This document shows, one piece after another, positions 27,600 to 41,199 of a stretch of 64,000 nt of DNA. Source of the DNA: Paragordius varius (taxonomy: Eukaryota > Animalia > Nematomorpha); contig OZ176058.1 of NCBI GenBank assembly GCA_964247055.1, positions 1,488,001 through 1,552,000 on the forward strand. The letters run 5' to 3'. The notes beneath the pieces are model-generated. The model was not told where the DNA came from. It searched no databases and saw only the letters and a program-made list of their open reading frames with translations. Within the stretch, counting starts at the first letter, position 1, and each line of letters begins with the position of its first letter. A program made the translations under genes and the position numbers.

Positions 27600-28620
27600 A
27601 TATAAAAAGTAATTATTAGTTGTATTTAAGAAAACAATATAATTTTAAATATTCAATCTGTTTGTATTAAAGCATCCACAACAAATGACCAAAAAGGTTA
27701 TATGGACTTAGTCAATAAATAGATGGCGGAGAAAAACTCGAATTTAAACAGTATAAAGATAAAAATGTTAAAATTTGGATATTTTTTGCATCTAAAAATG
27801 ATTACTTAAAAATGATTATTGTTGTCTTATTTTGTATAATTAATGAAAGTAAAAACATGACATAGCTATGAAGCACAAAAAGAGATCACCTACGTCATTA
27901 CCATTCTTATTTAGGTTCAGCCATTTATAAATAGCCAAAATTTTTTTACCTAAAATACGATAAATATACACAAATATTACCAAATAAATTAAACTATAGC
28001 GACAATATACGATTATAAATGGAAAAAAAATTTAAACTGATTAATTCGGAACATTTACTTCGTTCACAATCATACAATGGCTAAATGATAATAACACGAA
28101 TTTCTTCGAAATAAAACTTAAAATTTTTGTTGATTATATTTATCAGGATTATTTCGGTTTTAAGAGATTGATAAAATAAAATCTACATTTCATTAAATTT
28201 CTATAACATCTTTTGATTCATAGTAAATTTATAAAAGATAATATAATGATCGGAATAGAAATGCTGGTATAAACAGTCTTTCCGAACCAGAAGTTTTTTC
28301 ACTATATTTTTCTAAGATGATTGATATTTTTCTTTATAACAATAATTTTACAAGTTAAAAAACATTTTTTGTTAAATTGTATTTTTATCACTCGCGATAA
28401 TTTTGCTGCGCGACCCCAAATGGGGTCGCGACTAGTTTAAGAAGCCCTGCCATATAGGATTTCTGTATGTAAATTTTGGTTTTAATTAATTATATTATTT
28501 TAATACAATTAAAATTCCTACTTAATACTTTATCAGCTTTTTTTGTTTTAGTTGACTTAGGCTACCCCAAGTATTTTAAAATTTAATATCTCATAAAATA
28601 TAGACATTCATGAAATATGA
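27600..28620 (-). pseudogene. Family b RT core interrupted at the YADD region
   Basis: Inverted homologue of 12560-13440. Confidence 0.65.
27886..28435 (+). mobile_element. Helitron-like non-autonomous element (copy 2)
   Basis: A|TC 5' end at 27886, perfect 9-bp GC hairpin CGCGACCCC-AAAT-GGGGTCGCG (28409-28430), then CTAG|T. Absent from paralogous cores at 29790, 34940 and 36638. Confidence 0.6.
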
Positions 28621-28629
28621 GCTGGTATA

Positions 28630-29560
28630 AAACAATATTATTGTTAGGAAAATGCCTGTATTAATCAATTTTGGATTATAAATGAATTTTCAATCTTTAT
28701 ATTATATTTAGTTTCAAAAATTTTGAATTATTTTGGATTTTTATTTAGTATTTATAATGCCAATTTAATATTTTAACGGTAATTTTGGGTGATTATCTTT
28801 ACGGTGTGCTTTAAACTATTAATATTTTTATAAACCCAATCCATGATAATAAATATAGCGCCAAAATCAAATAAGAATGTATCATGTGCAACCAAATATT
28901 TTCGTGGCTGCTTTGATAATTTTTGTTTATATTTGTGCCCGATTTTCGATGATATATCTTTTAAATTATCGTAATTTCGATTAATCTATTTTTGTATTCT
29001 AAACATTTTTTTAAAGCACCTCTGCGTAAGGAAAAGCGTTTTGAGCATCCCTTATTTTAGATCATATACTTAAAAAATAATTTAAATATATTAAAAATAT
29101 ACTATTTAAAACATTCATTAAAATGATCCAGGTTTGGGGTGTCGAACACTCGGTTCTCTAGATATTTTGTGCGATAGAAATGAAAACAAAATTTACACTA
29201 TTTACAAAATCTTGATGAAATTGATTTTTTGCAACAAATTTTAATTTAAATATAGCTAAAATTAATGTATGTATAAATTGTCCCTATATTCTTTTATAGA
29301 TTTATCTATATATTTCACAATAAACTAAACATATATTCAGTCTTATATTTTGCATAAAAACCGCTTCATTAAATCTATAGTTAAAAATATTTATTGGATC
29401 CGATTTTTATTGGGAAAAAAATTTGCCCATTTTCTCATCGGTTTTAATATTATAATAATGAATTTGAAAACATAAATTATAAGTTATATTTACCATGAAG
29501 ATAAAAATGTAAGAAATTGTTAAATAAATTTCAAAAACACCTATATAGTTTACGAAAAAT
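28630..29560 (+). pseudogene. Family a2 thumb/C-terminal relic
   Basis: Collinear with 25030-25950. KKICPF..NEFENIN knuckle-like segment at about 29416-29480. Confidence 0.55.
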
Positions 29561-29569
29561 ATATAAAAA

Positions 29570-29900
29570 ATAATTATTAGTTGTATTAATGACCAAAAAA
29601 TAACCTAAATGAATAAATAGATGGCAAAGAAATTTAAAAATATAATTATTCCTATATAAAGCAAATTAATGTTAAAATTTGGAGATAAATTGCATCTAAA
29701 TATGATTCCTTTAAAATGATCATTGTTGTCTTATTTTTTCATAAATAATGAAAGTAGAAATATGAAATAGCTATGAAACGCAAAAACAGATCATCTGCAT
29801 ATAGGATTTCTGTATGTAATTTTTGGCTTTTATAAATTGTATTTTTGAAAATACAATTAAAATTGCTACTTTTAACACTTAATTAGCTTTTCATTTTTTT
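29570..29900 (-). pseudogene. Family b RT core
   Basis: Minus-strand TAT GCA GAT GAT (YADD) at 29790-29801. Confidence 0.8.
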
Positions 29901-31309
29901 GTTTTACTAAAGATTTAAGTACGTACAAGATAGTAAGTGCCTATTTTTATTGAATGTTTTCTCAAAAATTGGTACATACTATAGGGCACCTACTACCCAG
30001 AAGGTGCTTGATTTTATTCAGCAGGCCCCTTATATCTCTCTCGATATCTTTTTTTTGTTCAGATACATACTTTATTAATAAATAATCGCAAATAAAAATC
30101 AATTATGTAAATTTATTTTATTGTATATTAATGTCCTTAATTAACAACAAACTTTATAAATCAATAATTTATGATTTCATAAATATTAACCTGCCATCTA
30201 TTTATAAAATCGACCCCATTGGAACTTTATTACAATAGACGACATATTTTGCCACTTGAGTTTGTTTGCATTCTCTGATATTTACTATGCATTTAACAGT
30301 AAAACTTATATTAAAAATTATAATTCCATCAAAGAATTGAATAATTTTATTTTTATGATTATGCGCCGTTTTTTCTTTAAATACAATACAAATGCCCATT
30401 TTAATATATCATAATGAGTAATGAAATCTGAATTATTATATATTTACATCGATAGTTAATATTGGAGATAAGAAGCGACTAACCAGCGAAGCAAGAGCAT
30501 TTTTATTAATGAATATATTTTTTAACACAAGAATTTTTTGATTAAACACCAATTTTTTGCCTTTATAACATTCAATACAGCCATGTTTATTTTTTTTGTT
30601 TTTTTTAAATAAATTCCTATCAATGTTAAAGATTAGAAGGCTAACCAAATTTTTAAGACTAGAAATATAGTTTAAAATGTTCTTGATATTTTATAACCAT
30701 TGTGTAATATTACAGTTATAATTATGCATATTAATAACCTCTAGGTAAAATAATGATAATATTTTAAATAGTAAATTAAAAAGCCTTCAAAGTTTTTATT
30801 AAATTTTATGCTAAAGTAACCCTTATAATTATAAAAAATAAAAATTTATCTGAATTTTGAATTAGTTCTGCCAAAATTTTTGACTTTGTAAGGGCGGAAA
30901 ATTTTGACATAAACCCCAAATAACCTGTACATCAGATTGGTCTAACGCTCTTTCTAATGATATAAAATACATGGCTCCATATGCAATTTTCAAAATTTTG
31001 AGTTTAATGTTAAATTGGAGCCATAAATTTTCGATAAACCATAATAAAAAAAATTCTAGGTGTTGAATAATTTTTTTACAGATATACTATTTTATACTTT
31101 AATGAAATAATAAAAAGGATAGCACTTAAAGGTCAAATTTTTTTGTCGTGTTATTATGAAACGATTATAGCGCCCTTCCTTTACAAAAGTCAATGAAAAC
31201 AGGTCATATTTTTTTAAATAAAAAAATGGCTAGTTTTAATTTGTTTTGTCATTCGGTTCTAGTTTAGGTTCATTTCTCCTACACTTTCGAATTTAAGGTT
31301 TAAGTTTTG

Positions 31310-31312
<3 letters not shown>

Positions 31313-31342
<30 letters not shown>
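31313..31342. repeat. (TA)n microsatellite
   Basis: Direct reading. Confidence 0.9.
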
Positions 31343-31344
<2 letters not shown>

Positions 31345-32269
31345 CTCCGATCTTTAATTAAGGCTAAAACATTATATGTCTCGTGTTTGCAATAAAAAAA
31401 CTTGAATATGCAAAACCATTGTGTAATAGACTGTTAAAAATTTATTATTTATGATGATCCTAAATTGAAGAGTAAAAAAAGAAGCCGCTAGACATGTCTA
31501 ATACTAAATACATGGTCGAAATACTAAATACCAAAATAAAATACTATGTTTGTATTGACCGAATATCCAAGCCCATGACAAGAAATAATCACTCACCACC
31601 TCCTAATCTTTTAGATCAATATGATCTAATTTAACCTGATCATACCCGATAGAAGGCCGAGAGCTCTTACAAAGCATATATGGTGTGCCAAAATGAAACC
31701 CTAAACTCCGTAATATTTTCTTTATGTCTGTCAGCTGTGCGCAGGCGAATTTTATAAGTTTTACATGTATAGTCGTTTTAATATAATAAAAAAGTAAAAC
31801 TCTAAACACTGTATCTAATATATGGATGTCCAATCAAATGAGGTAAAGACTGAATTTAAAAAAATATTTATAGCCTTTTTATTTTTATTTTTTTAATTCC
31901 TACAATTATATATCGATATGGCTTTTGCCTGATATTACACGTTTCTATTTTAAAATTATTGTTTAAATTTTTTTAATGATACCTCCAGTTTTTTATCGTT
32001 ATATCGTGATTACCTTAAGTTTCTGTTCAAAGTCTGTATTTATTAATTATGTTGATAGCATCCATGAAGGAGAGATTGATAAGCCTTAAATGGCCAACTT
32101 CTGATGTAGTATAATCAGTTTTAAATTTAACATTGATAAATTTTCATAAATTCTTTTGCCAAATACTAGAGGTGTGTTGAAATTTATTGCGTTAATTTTT
32201 TTATACACACCACATGATTGACAAGGTACTTATTATATTCTAATGAATGTGATAGAATTAAACACTTAA

Positions 32270-32804
32270 CACTTTGATTCAAAATGGAGCATTTAAATAC
32301 CCCAGGCAAAATTTATTTAATATTTTTAAAAAACAGAAGGAAACGGTCCCATTTTAAATTTATGCTTCTATCCTAATAAAAATTATATGAATAAGCTAAG
32401 ATATAAAAGTTCGTTTTGATAAAAAAAGTTCCATGTCAAACTACTTCGACGCCATTTTTATTTTGTATTTGCAAAATATCGTGTTCATTTACATTTCAAG
32501 GCATAATTAAAGTAAATTTATTTAAATTTGAAATAGAAAAAGTGGTTTATTTTTATAATTATTCATTTAATGCACACAGGTCACGTTGGATTAATTTTCA
32601 CCTTTAGGTTCCCTAAAAAAAGTAATATTAAGTATTTTTCAATAAAGTTGTTCATATATTCCGGTTTATAATGTTATATAAGTGCAAAATTTTGACCTGG
32701 TTTCGATTCCTATTTTTTTAAATATTTAATTTTTAACTGGCCTGGGGAATCCAATTACCACATTTAGAATCGAATGACTGAAATGAATGTGTTGTATCTA
32801 AGTG
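32270..32804. mobile_element. 535-bp MITE with CACTT/AAGTG termini and TTAA target-site duplication
   Basis: TTAA|CACTT...AAGTG|TTAA. The paralogous site near 24325 is empty. Homologue at 10255-10806. Confidence 0.8.
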
Positions 32805-34719
32805 TTAAATAAAACAATATTGGTATTTTAAACGTTTTAGTTTTCAATTAACTACGGCAGTAAGACTGTAAAAATAGGCATAAAAAATTTAAAACTTAAT
32901 AAATTGTTATTGGTACCATACTCTACTGAAATTAGGTTTAATTTTTAGAGTAAATCGCTTATAAGATGGGTGGATATAATATAAAATTCCAAATAAAGAG
33001 AAAAGTTTTGACAAAATAAAGTGATCATATCAAATGCATTTATTCAAAATATAATTAATAGCCAAAAATTACATATCCTAAGAAATGTTGTACGCAGACG
33101 ATCTGTCCGTTTTATTCGATAACTATGTCAAATTATATATTAATTTATGTATATGACTCGAAAATGAGAATTTTTTTAATAATTAATATTTTAATGCCAA
33201 TAATTCCCTAATGTTACAGTAAATATTTATTAAATCAAAATAAGTATATCTAACTCGATTATAACCCACCATCTATATATTGATATTGTCCCATGATAAA
33301 TTTTTTTGTCATTTTTAATATTAGATTATGATATTTCTCATCAAATCCGTCATTACCGTTATAAAGTTTTAAATTAAATATACCAAAATGATATTATTTT
33401 TATTAAAAGGTAAAAACACTTTTAATTTCTATAAAAAGTTAGCTTAATATAACCATTTGTATCATATTTTATATTTTTTTGGAAATAATGTTTTTCTTTA
33501 ACATTCATGAACCATAAGCCGATATTAGACAATAAAATGATTGGAAAAACCCTGCATAAAAGCGTCAATATAATTTTGGATTATAAATGAATTTTCAATC
33601 CTTTATCATATTTAGTTTCAAAAATTTTGAATTAATTTGGATATTATAGTAATATGAATGCCAACTGATTTTTAACATTAATATTTAATTTTGGGTGATT
33701 ACTAATCGAAATTTGTATAATCCCAATTCGGGAAGATAAAGATATAACCAAAATCAGAAAAATGTATGCGTCTAACACAAATATTTTCGCGGATTCTTTC
33801 ATAATTTTTGGTTTCTTCATTTGTATCCAATTTTTGATAAAATATCTTTAATCCTAAATTTTTATTGATAACCAATTTTCAATTTTCTAACATTTGTTAG
33901 AGTACTTTTGTGTACCGAAAAGCGTATATACTCATATTTTAATCCATTAAAAATATATAATTTACGCCATTGAATTGATCTAAGTCAAGGGTGTCGAACA
34001 CTCGGGCCTCTAGACATTTTGTGCGATAGAAAAATGAATACAAATGCCATTGACAAAATCTTGATGAAATTGATAGTTTTGCGACAAATTCTAATTCAAA
34101 TATAGGGAAATTAATGTATGGATAAATTTTGTCTCTATATTCATATATTTTTTGTCTATATCTATAGTTCACAATAAACCAAACATATATTTAGTCTTAT
34201 TATCTCCAAAAAGACCACTTCATTTGAAATCTATCGTAAAAATATTTATTGGATTGAGTTGTTGTTGGTAAAAAAATTTGCTTATGGTTCTCATCGGTTT
34301 TATTATTATAATAATGAATTTGAAAAAAATATTAAATAATTCAAAAAATATATGAATCGGCTTTTTTCGCTAATTGATAGTAGATTTCTTACGTCGAATT
34401 ATTAATTTAAAAAATAAGAAAAAATATAAAAATATTCATAGGTAAATTTTTTTCACCTTATTATTTAAATTAAAGCAGTTATTTAATTTTGTACATTTTA
34501 TTTTTATAATAAAAACTATGGCTGGCATAAGTCAATTCGGTATATAAGCCTTAAGTGTATATCAAAAGTTTTAATACTATATAATGAAAATTTTGAAATA
34601 TCTATTTTTTGAGAGTAAATATGATGTAAAGTATATTATTAATAATATGTTTAAGAGCAGACATTTTCAAATGACAATCCCCATATTTTATTTTAAGTAA
34701 TCAACCTATTTGTATTCAA

Positions 34720-35050
34720 GCAGTTCAAAACAAATGACCAAAAATTTTTTATCATGAAACTTAATCAATAAATAGATGGCGGACAAATTTGAATTAAAGA
34801 AAAATATTAAAAATTTATAAGAATAGTTATTTGGCGATAATTTGCATCTATATATGATTCCTTTAGATAATCATTGTTGTCTTATTTTGAATAATTAATG
34901 AAAATAGAAATATGAAATAGCTATGAAGCACAAAAACAGATCATCGGCATATAGGATTTCTGTATGTAATTTTTGGCTTCAATAAATTATATTTTTATTT
35001 AAAATACAATGAAAATTGATTAACCTTCCATTTGTTTTACTTTACGTTTA
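34720..35050 (-). pseudogene. Family b RT core
   Basis: Minus-strand TAT GCC GAT GAT (YADD) at 34940-34951. Confidence 0.8.
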
Positions 35051-35054
35051 GGCT

Positions 35055-35900
35055 TATTGTTAGGAAAATGCCTGTATTAAAACGTCAATATAAATTGAAA
35101 TTATAAATAAATTTTCAATCTCTAGATTATATTTAGGTACAAAATATTTTAATTATTTTGGATTATTATTTAGTAATATTAATGCTATAATTTTGTAATG
35201 TTAATATATATTTTGGTTGATTATGTTTACGGTGTGCTTTAAACATTTAGAATATTTTTATAAACCCAATCTGAGCCAGTATTTTCGCGGCTGCTTTGAT
35301 AGTTTTGAGTTTTTTTATTAGGTTGTCGGCAATTTTGGATGACATCTTTTAAATAATTGTAAATTTAACATTTGTTACAGCACTTTTGCGTACCGTTGAA
35401 CATCCTTCTTTTAAACCATATACTTAAAATTTTTTAAAATATATAATATATCGCATTCATCGTAATGATTCAAGTCAGGGGTGTCGAACACTCTGCCCTC
35501 TACATATTTTGTGCGATAGCGAAATGAATACAGAATTTTAGCCATTTACAAAATCTTGATGAAATTGATTTTTTGCTACAAATTTTAATTCCAATATAGG
35601 GAAAATTAGTATGGATATTGTGTCCCTATATTCTACTTTTTAGCTATATTTATACATTTAACAATAAACTAAACATATATTTAGTGTTATTTTTTGCGAA
35701 AATAACCGCTTCCTCAAAATCTATAGCATATATATTTATTGGATCGAGGTTTTATGGAAAATTTTGCCCATGGTTCTCATCGGTATTAATATTCTAATAA
35801 TGAAACATAAATTATAAGTTATATATATACCATGAAGATAATGTAAATTGTTGAATAAAAATATTAAATAATGTAAAAAATAAATAGGCTTTTTCCCAAA
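35055..35900 (+). pseudogene. Family a2 thumb/C-terminal relic
   Basis: Collinear with 25050-25950 and 28640-29560. Confidence 0.55.
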
Positions 35901-36399
35901 TCGATAGTTAATTTCTTCCGTGAATTATTTTTATTTGTAAAATTTTATATTAGTTTAAAAACTAAGAAAAAATATAAAATTATTCTTTGGTAAATTTTTT
36001 CACTTTATTACTTAAATTAAAGCAGTTAAAAATTTAATTTTGTACATTTTCATTTTTATAATTAAAACTATGGCTGGTATAAGTTAACTCCGTATATAAG
36101 TCTTAAGTGTAAATCAAATTAAGGTTCAATTTTAAAAAAAAATTAGAAATATCTATTTTTTGAGAGTTAGTATGATGCAAAGCATATTATTGATAATATG
36201 TTAAAGAGCAGGCATTTTCGAATGACAATCCTTATATTTTAATGCGGTTTATGGTTGAATGTATAAGAAAATAAGTATTATTTTGAAAATAATTATATAT
36301 ATTTGTTAAAATGTTAATTTTAAAGACCGAATTACTTTACAGAATATATAAAATGTATTTATTATATGAATTTAAGAAAACAAAATATTTTAAATAATC

Positions 36400-36800
36400 A
36401 TTTGTATTCAAAGCAGTCAAAAACACATGGCCAAAAAAGCTATACCATAAATGTTATTCAATAAATAGATGGCGGAAATATTTAAAATTTTAGTACAGTG
36501 AATAAATTATACATATTAATGTTAAAATTTAGAGATAATTTGCATCTAAATATGATTACTTTAAAATGATCATTGTAGTCTTATTTGTATAATTAATGAA
36601 AGTAAAAATATGATATATCAATAAAGCACAAAAAGCGATCATCTGCATATAGGATTTTTGTATGTAATTTTTGGCTTTAATAAATTATATTTTTATGAAA
36701 AATTCAATAAAATTGCTACTTAACACTTCATTAGTTTTTTACTTTTTTGTGTTAGTTTACCTTTTGCGGTACACCAAGTCCATTTAAAATTACAAATCTA
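36400..36800 (-). pseudogene. Family b RT core with domain-4 remnant
   Basis: GLGVPQ at 36764-36781 and YADD at 36638-36649 on the minus strand, about 38 codons apart, as expected for non-LTR RT domains 4 and 5. Confidence 0.85.
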
Positions 36801-36819
36801 TACATTTATAAACCTAGAG

Positions 36820-37760
36820 CCGATATAGAACAATATTATTGTTAGGAAATGCCTGTTAAAACCTCAAAATAATTTTTAATTATAAATGAATTTTCAATCT
36901 ATATATTATATTTGGAGTCAAAAAATTTGATTTTTGTATTTTTATTTAGTAATATTATTGCCAATATAATTTTAATACCTTAATATATAATTTTGGATGA
37001 TTATGTTTATTGGTGTGCTTTAAACTTTTAATTTATATATTATTTTTAGCCCAATCCGATATGATAAAGATAGCGCCAAAATCAAAATATATTGTATCGT
37101 GTCCAACACAAATATTTTCGCGGCTGCTTAGATAATTTTTGGTTTTTTATTTAGTTAATGATTAATTCATACGATATATCTTTTAAACAGTCGTAAATTT
37201 TATGTTATAGATTTTTTTGTAAACATTTTTTACAGCTTTTTGCGTATGAAAAAATGTGTTAACCTCCCTCTTTTAAACCATATACTTAAAATAATTTAGA
37301 TATAATATAACGGATTCATTAAGATGATCCAAGGCAGCGGCCCACACCGGGCATCAAGATATTTTGTGTGGCCTACTTGAATTCCGAAATTTAGAGAGAA
37401 ATAAATACAAAATTTTCCTTATTTAAAAATTGATGATATTGATTTTTTAAACATATTTACCAAATAATGTTTTGCAAATTTTGGCGAATTAGGAAAAATA
37501 ATTATAATGTATTGTCTAAAGGTGTCCCTATTTTCATAAATTTTTCGCTTATATCTAATTTCTCAAAAAACCAAATATAAACTTAATTTTTTGTGTTCGC
37601 TTTCTTTGAAGTGAATTTTTTAATATTTAATGATTTTAGTATTGTTGTGAAAAAAAATATGCCCCCAAATCTCATCGGATATTTTAATAATTACATTGAA
37701 AAAATAAACTTAAGTTAAAATAAAAAATTAATAAAATATAAAATAATGCAAAAAAAGCAA
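36820..37760 (+). pseudogene. Family a thumb/C-terminal relic
   Basis: YRVQHKYFRGCLDNFW at 37095-37142. Confidence 0.6.
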
Positions 37761-37911
37761 TAAAAAAGCTTTTTTGCAAAAGAGATAGATATCTAATTTT
37801 TTTATTAATTTAAAAAGTAAAAAAAATCACAATAATATTTTTTAATGTTTTTTGGCATTATTACTTAAATAAAAGCAGTTTTTACATAGGTAACTTCAGA
37901 TTATATATATT

Positions 37912-37943
<32 letters not shown>

Positions 37944-37999
37944 TATGATTCAAAATATATTATTAGTAATTAAAATTATAATTTTATGCAATTTTTTTA

Positions 38000-39491
38000 A
38001 GGTACAAGAATCGGGCATTTTCTTTTACTCCGGCTCATGGTTATGTAAAAGCAAATAAGCATTAAACTATTGATTAATTATTGCGGAAACATTAATGTTA
38101 AAAAACCTTCATTTTTAATTTTACAAATATCCAACAACGAGCTAAAAATATATTATATTTTAGGTATAGTGGAATTAGCGTATATAAAATGATAAAATTA
38201 ATGATTGGATTTAATGGTAATTAATCCATTGTATTTGATGATTTCAAAACAAATGACCAAAATTTTTTATATCGTAATTTAAGTAATAAATAGATGACGG
38301 AAATAAAAATACCAAAAAAATATTTTAATGACTTGATATAATTCCAAAATGATAATTATTATGTTATTTTATATAATTTATATTACAGTAGAAATATGAA
38401 ATAACTATGAAACACTTAAGATAAATTTAGTTGTCTTATAGTGTTTCAATATTTAATTTTTGCCTTAAATAAATTATATTTTATTTAAAAAACAATTAAG
38501 ATTTGTAGTTAACAATTCATTAGCTTTTCACTTTTTTGTCTTACTTTACCTTTCCAAGAAATTTATACGCCAAGCCCTTTTAAAATTTAATATCTTATAA
38601 AATGAATTTGGCCTTATAAACCAAATTTAAAATGAATCTTTGTTTTATATGCACGATACAAAAATATAAAAAAAAAGTCAAATCCTAATATCCTCATCTC
38701 AAACTTTTGTCTCGCAACATTTTTTTGGTTTAAATTATTTAGAATCGCTAATACAACAGACTAAATGTATATTATGGTTAGAATATGTAAATTGAATTAA
38801 AACGCTTTTTTTAAAAAAATTCGAATTAATTTTTGTTTTCACTATAATAATCATTCACTGCCGTATTTTAAAATATGAAAAATTAAAGATACAGTAAAAA
38901 TATTATACAGATCAACGTATATACATAAATTTTTTATAATTTTGATTGTTTATTTATAGCTTATCAATATTGAACCAACTTTTTGGGAAAGAAACGTATT
39001 AGGAGCATACATTTTTTATTTATCTTACCTATATTTTTGATATATAAGAATGGAAAATTTCGCTCACTCTTTGGTAAAGATCCACCTTATGAAAAGCACC
39101 TTTTGAGAAAATATGATTAAAATTGATTATCTAGGATATGCCACAAAAACACTTTTTCCATAATGCGATCATAATCAAGGTAAGTGTTCCATGCCTAGCA
39201 TACCCAGGCAAATTACGTTTTATGAATCCTTTGTCAGTCGCAAAATAGAATCCTAAATGGCCAAAAGAACCTAAATATGAGAGATGAATATTATCCATCT
39301 CAAGAAATTTTTTTTTACCTATTTTACTACTTTATATATATATAAAATTTTATAATACTTTGAATATCAAGAAATTTTTGAAAAAGTGTCGCTTACACGA
39401 ATTCAGTAATTATTTTTTTAATCTCCGAACTGGGCTTGAGCGATGTTAATATAAATTTTATAAAACAGTTGTCCGAATATTTTGATGAAAA

Positions 39492-39540
<49 letters not shown>

Positions 39541-39800
39541 GCCACTAGATTATTGGACGAATGCGAAAATACACCTTATGTATAAATGGGCATAAGATTT
39601 AAAAATATATTACTTTTATTTATGCCCTTTTTAATGCAGATTAGTTAATATAAATATACTGATAAGCCAATATTTTAAAAAATTCTAATTGAGTAAATAA
39701 TTGATAGTTTTTAGTTAATTATTGACAGATATATCCAATAATTATTTTTTCACTTTTTACTTTTATTAGCAACTATTGCCATTTATACTATCTATCATAT
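38000..39800. pseudogene. Decayed RT core (minus, 38000-38550) joined to family k relic (plus, 38560-39800)
   Basis: Inverted homologue of 9100-11340 without the MITE. Confidence 0.5.
39498..39538. repeat. (TA)n microsatellite
   Basis: Direct reading. Confidence 0.95.
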
Positions 39801-39803
39801 AAT

Positions 39804-40058
39804 TTCTGTGTCAAATACAACCCTTTTAACCAAACAAAACAGTATTTCATCCAAACATAACATTTTTCAACCAAACGCAACATTATTCATCCAATCGGAA
39901 CATAGCTGAGTTTGCTAGAAAATAAAGTGCGGATGAAAAAATGTTGCCTTTGGTTGAAGAAAATGTGGTAAAAATGTTGCGCTGGTTGAAAGAATGTTTC
40001 GTCTGATTGAAAAAAGTTGCATTTGCTTGCGTTTGCCTGAAAAGTTCGGAAAAATCTT
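39804..40058. repeat. Foldback with 20-21 bp subrepeats (copy 2)
   Basis: Inverted copy of 8796-9055. Confidence 0.7.
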
Positions 40059-41199
40059 TTAAAAAAACACATATTGTAATGTGTGATAAAACCTACTTAG
40101 CTGATATATATTCACATAACTAAAAACATATAAACATAATCTATTTGTAGATTCTATTTATTCAGCCGCCACCAATTTTTTTGTGTTATTCTAAAATTGA
40201 CTGTTAAAATATTAATCGACTAAAAACTGAAGTTATTTTATCATATAAAATAAAAATATCATAATATAAATACGCGATCACTAATCCTAATTTGTTTGTT
40301 TAATTATTGGACAAAAGTTTTTATTAATGCGTTTCGAAAGGAAAAATTAAATAGTAGTTGAAATATTGAGTTCAAATCATATTCAGAAATAAAACTATGA
40401 GTTTTAAAACAGGTTTTTAAAACGTTGAATTCAGATTGTAACTTTTAAATCATAAAGGAAAGAATTGCCTTTACTATTTAAAATTAATTAATGAAAAATA
40501 TAATTGAAAGATTATCATAGGGCTACATTCTGTAACCAATAAAGTTATACTTCATCTTAAATGTTTAATGATACCTAATGAATAGGATAAATTAAATTTA
40601 TAAGCATCTATGAAGCTTAAAAATATTAATAAAAAGTATATAAGACAGTATGCCTATTTAGCTTCGATACACCTGGGATAAATTCGAAAGGAGTAAATAT
40701 AATCTAAATTGATTAGCATGACAATTTTGAGTTATATAATATATTATTAAATCAAAGTGACCTATCAACACTTCGATTTTACCGTACATTTTTGTTTAAT
40801 TTGATTCATTGTGTAATAAACATTTCTTTATGGCATAATTTATTATTTTTTGAGTATATTATGAATTTTATGATATACAAAAATACATAATACTAATTTG
40901 TTTAATAGATTAGGTAGCACATACAAATCTATTACAGCCGTCAGGCTAGCTTTATATAGTCAATGTCAAACAAACGTAAACTTAAATGACAAATATTTTT
41001 ACAAAAAACAACCATACTTTTAACTTTGATTTTTCTTACAACCATTAAATATATTTAAATTAATTTAAAAGGTATATTACCATACAATATCCCTAATTCA
41101 CACATAAAAACTGTGAGTTTGAAAAATAGAAAATATAGTCGTATTTTCGAAATTTGTTTATATAACATTTTAGCGTATTCAATATTACCATCTATATAA

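Larger units (their letters stand above)
30060..34400 (+). pseudogene. Head-to-tail chain of relics, direct duplicate of about 22130-26000
   Basis: Same block order as 22130-26000. CQLC at 31729-31740 and YADD at 33091-33102. Confidence 0.7.

Noticed and set aside
34930-34985. Frame reading DHRHIGFLYVIFGF, resembling the COX1 N-terminus (NUMT)
   Set aside because: It is the antisense of the EILYADDL region, and no other mitochondrial sequence is nearby.
1185-40072. The 60-113 aa ORFs in the track outside the named transposons, as genes
   Set aside because: They are antisense or off-frame readings of relics, or low-complexity AT/TA runs, and are not kept open in paralogous copies. The exception is 15281-15463, which is the REL domain.
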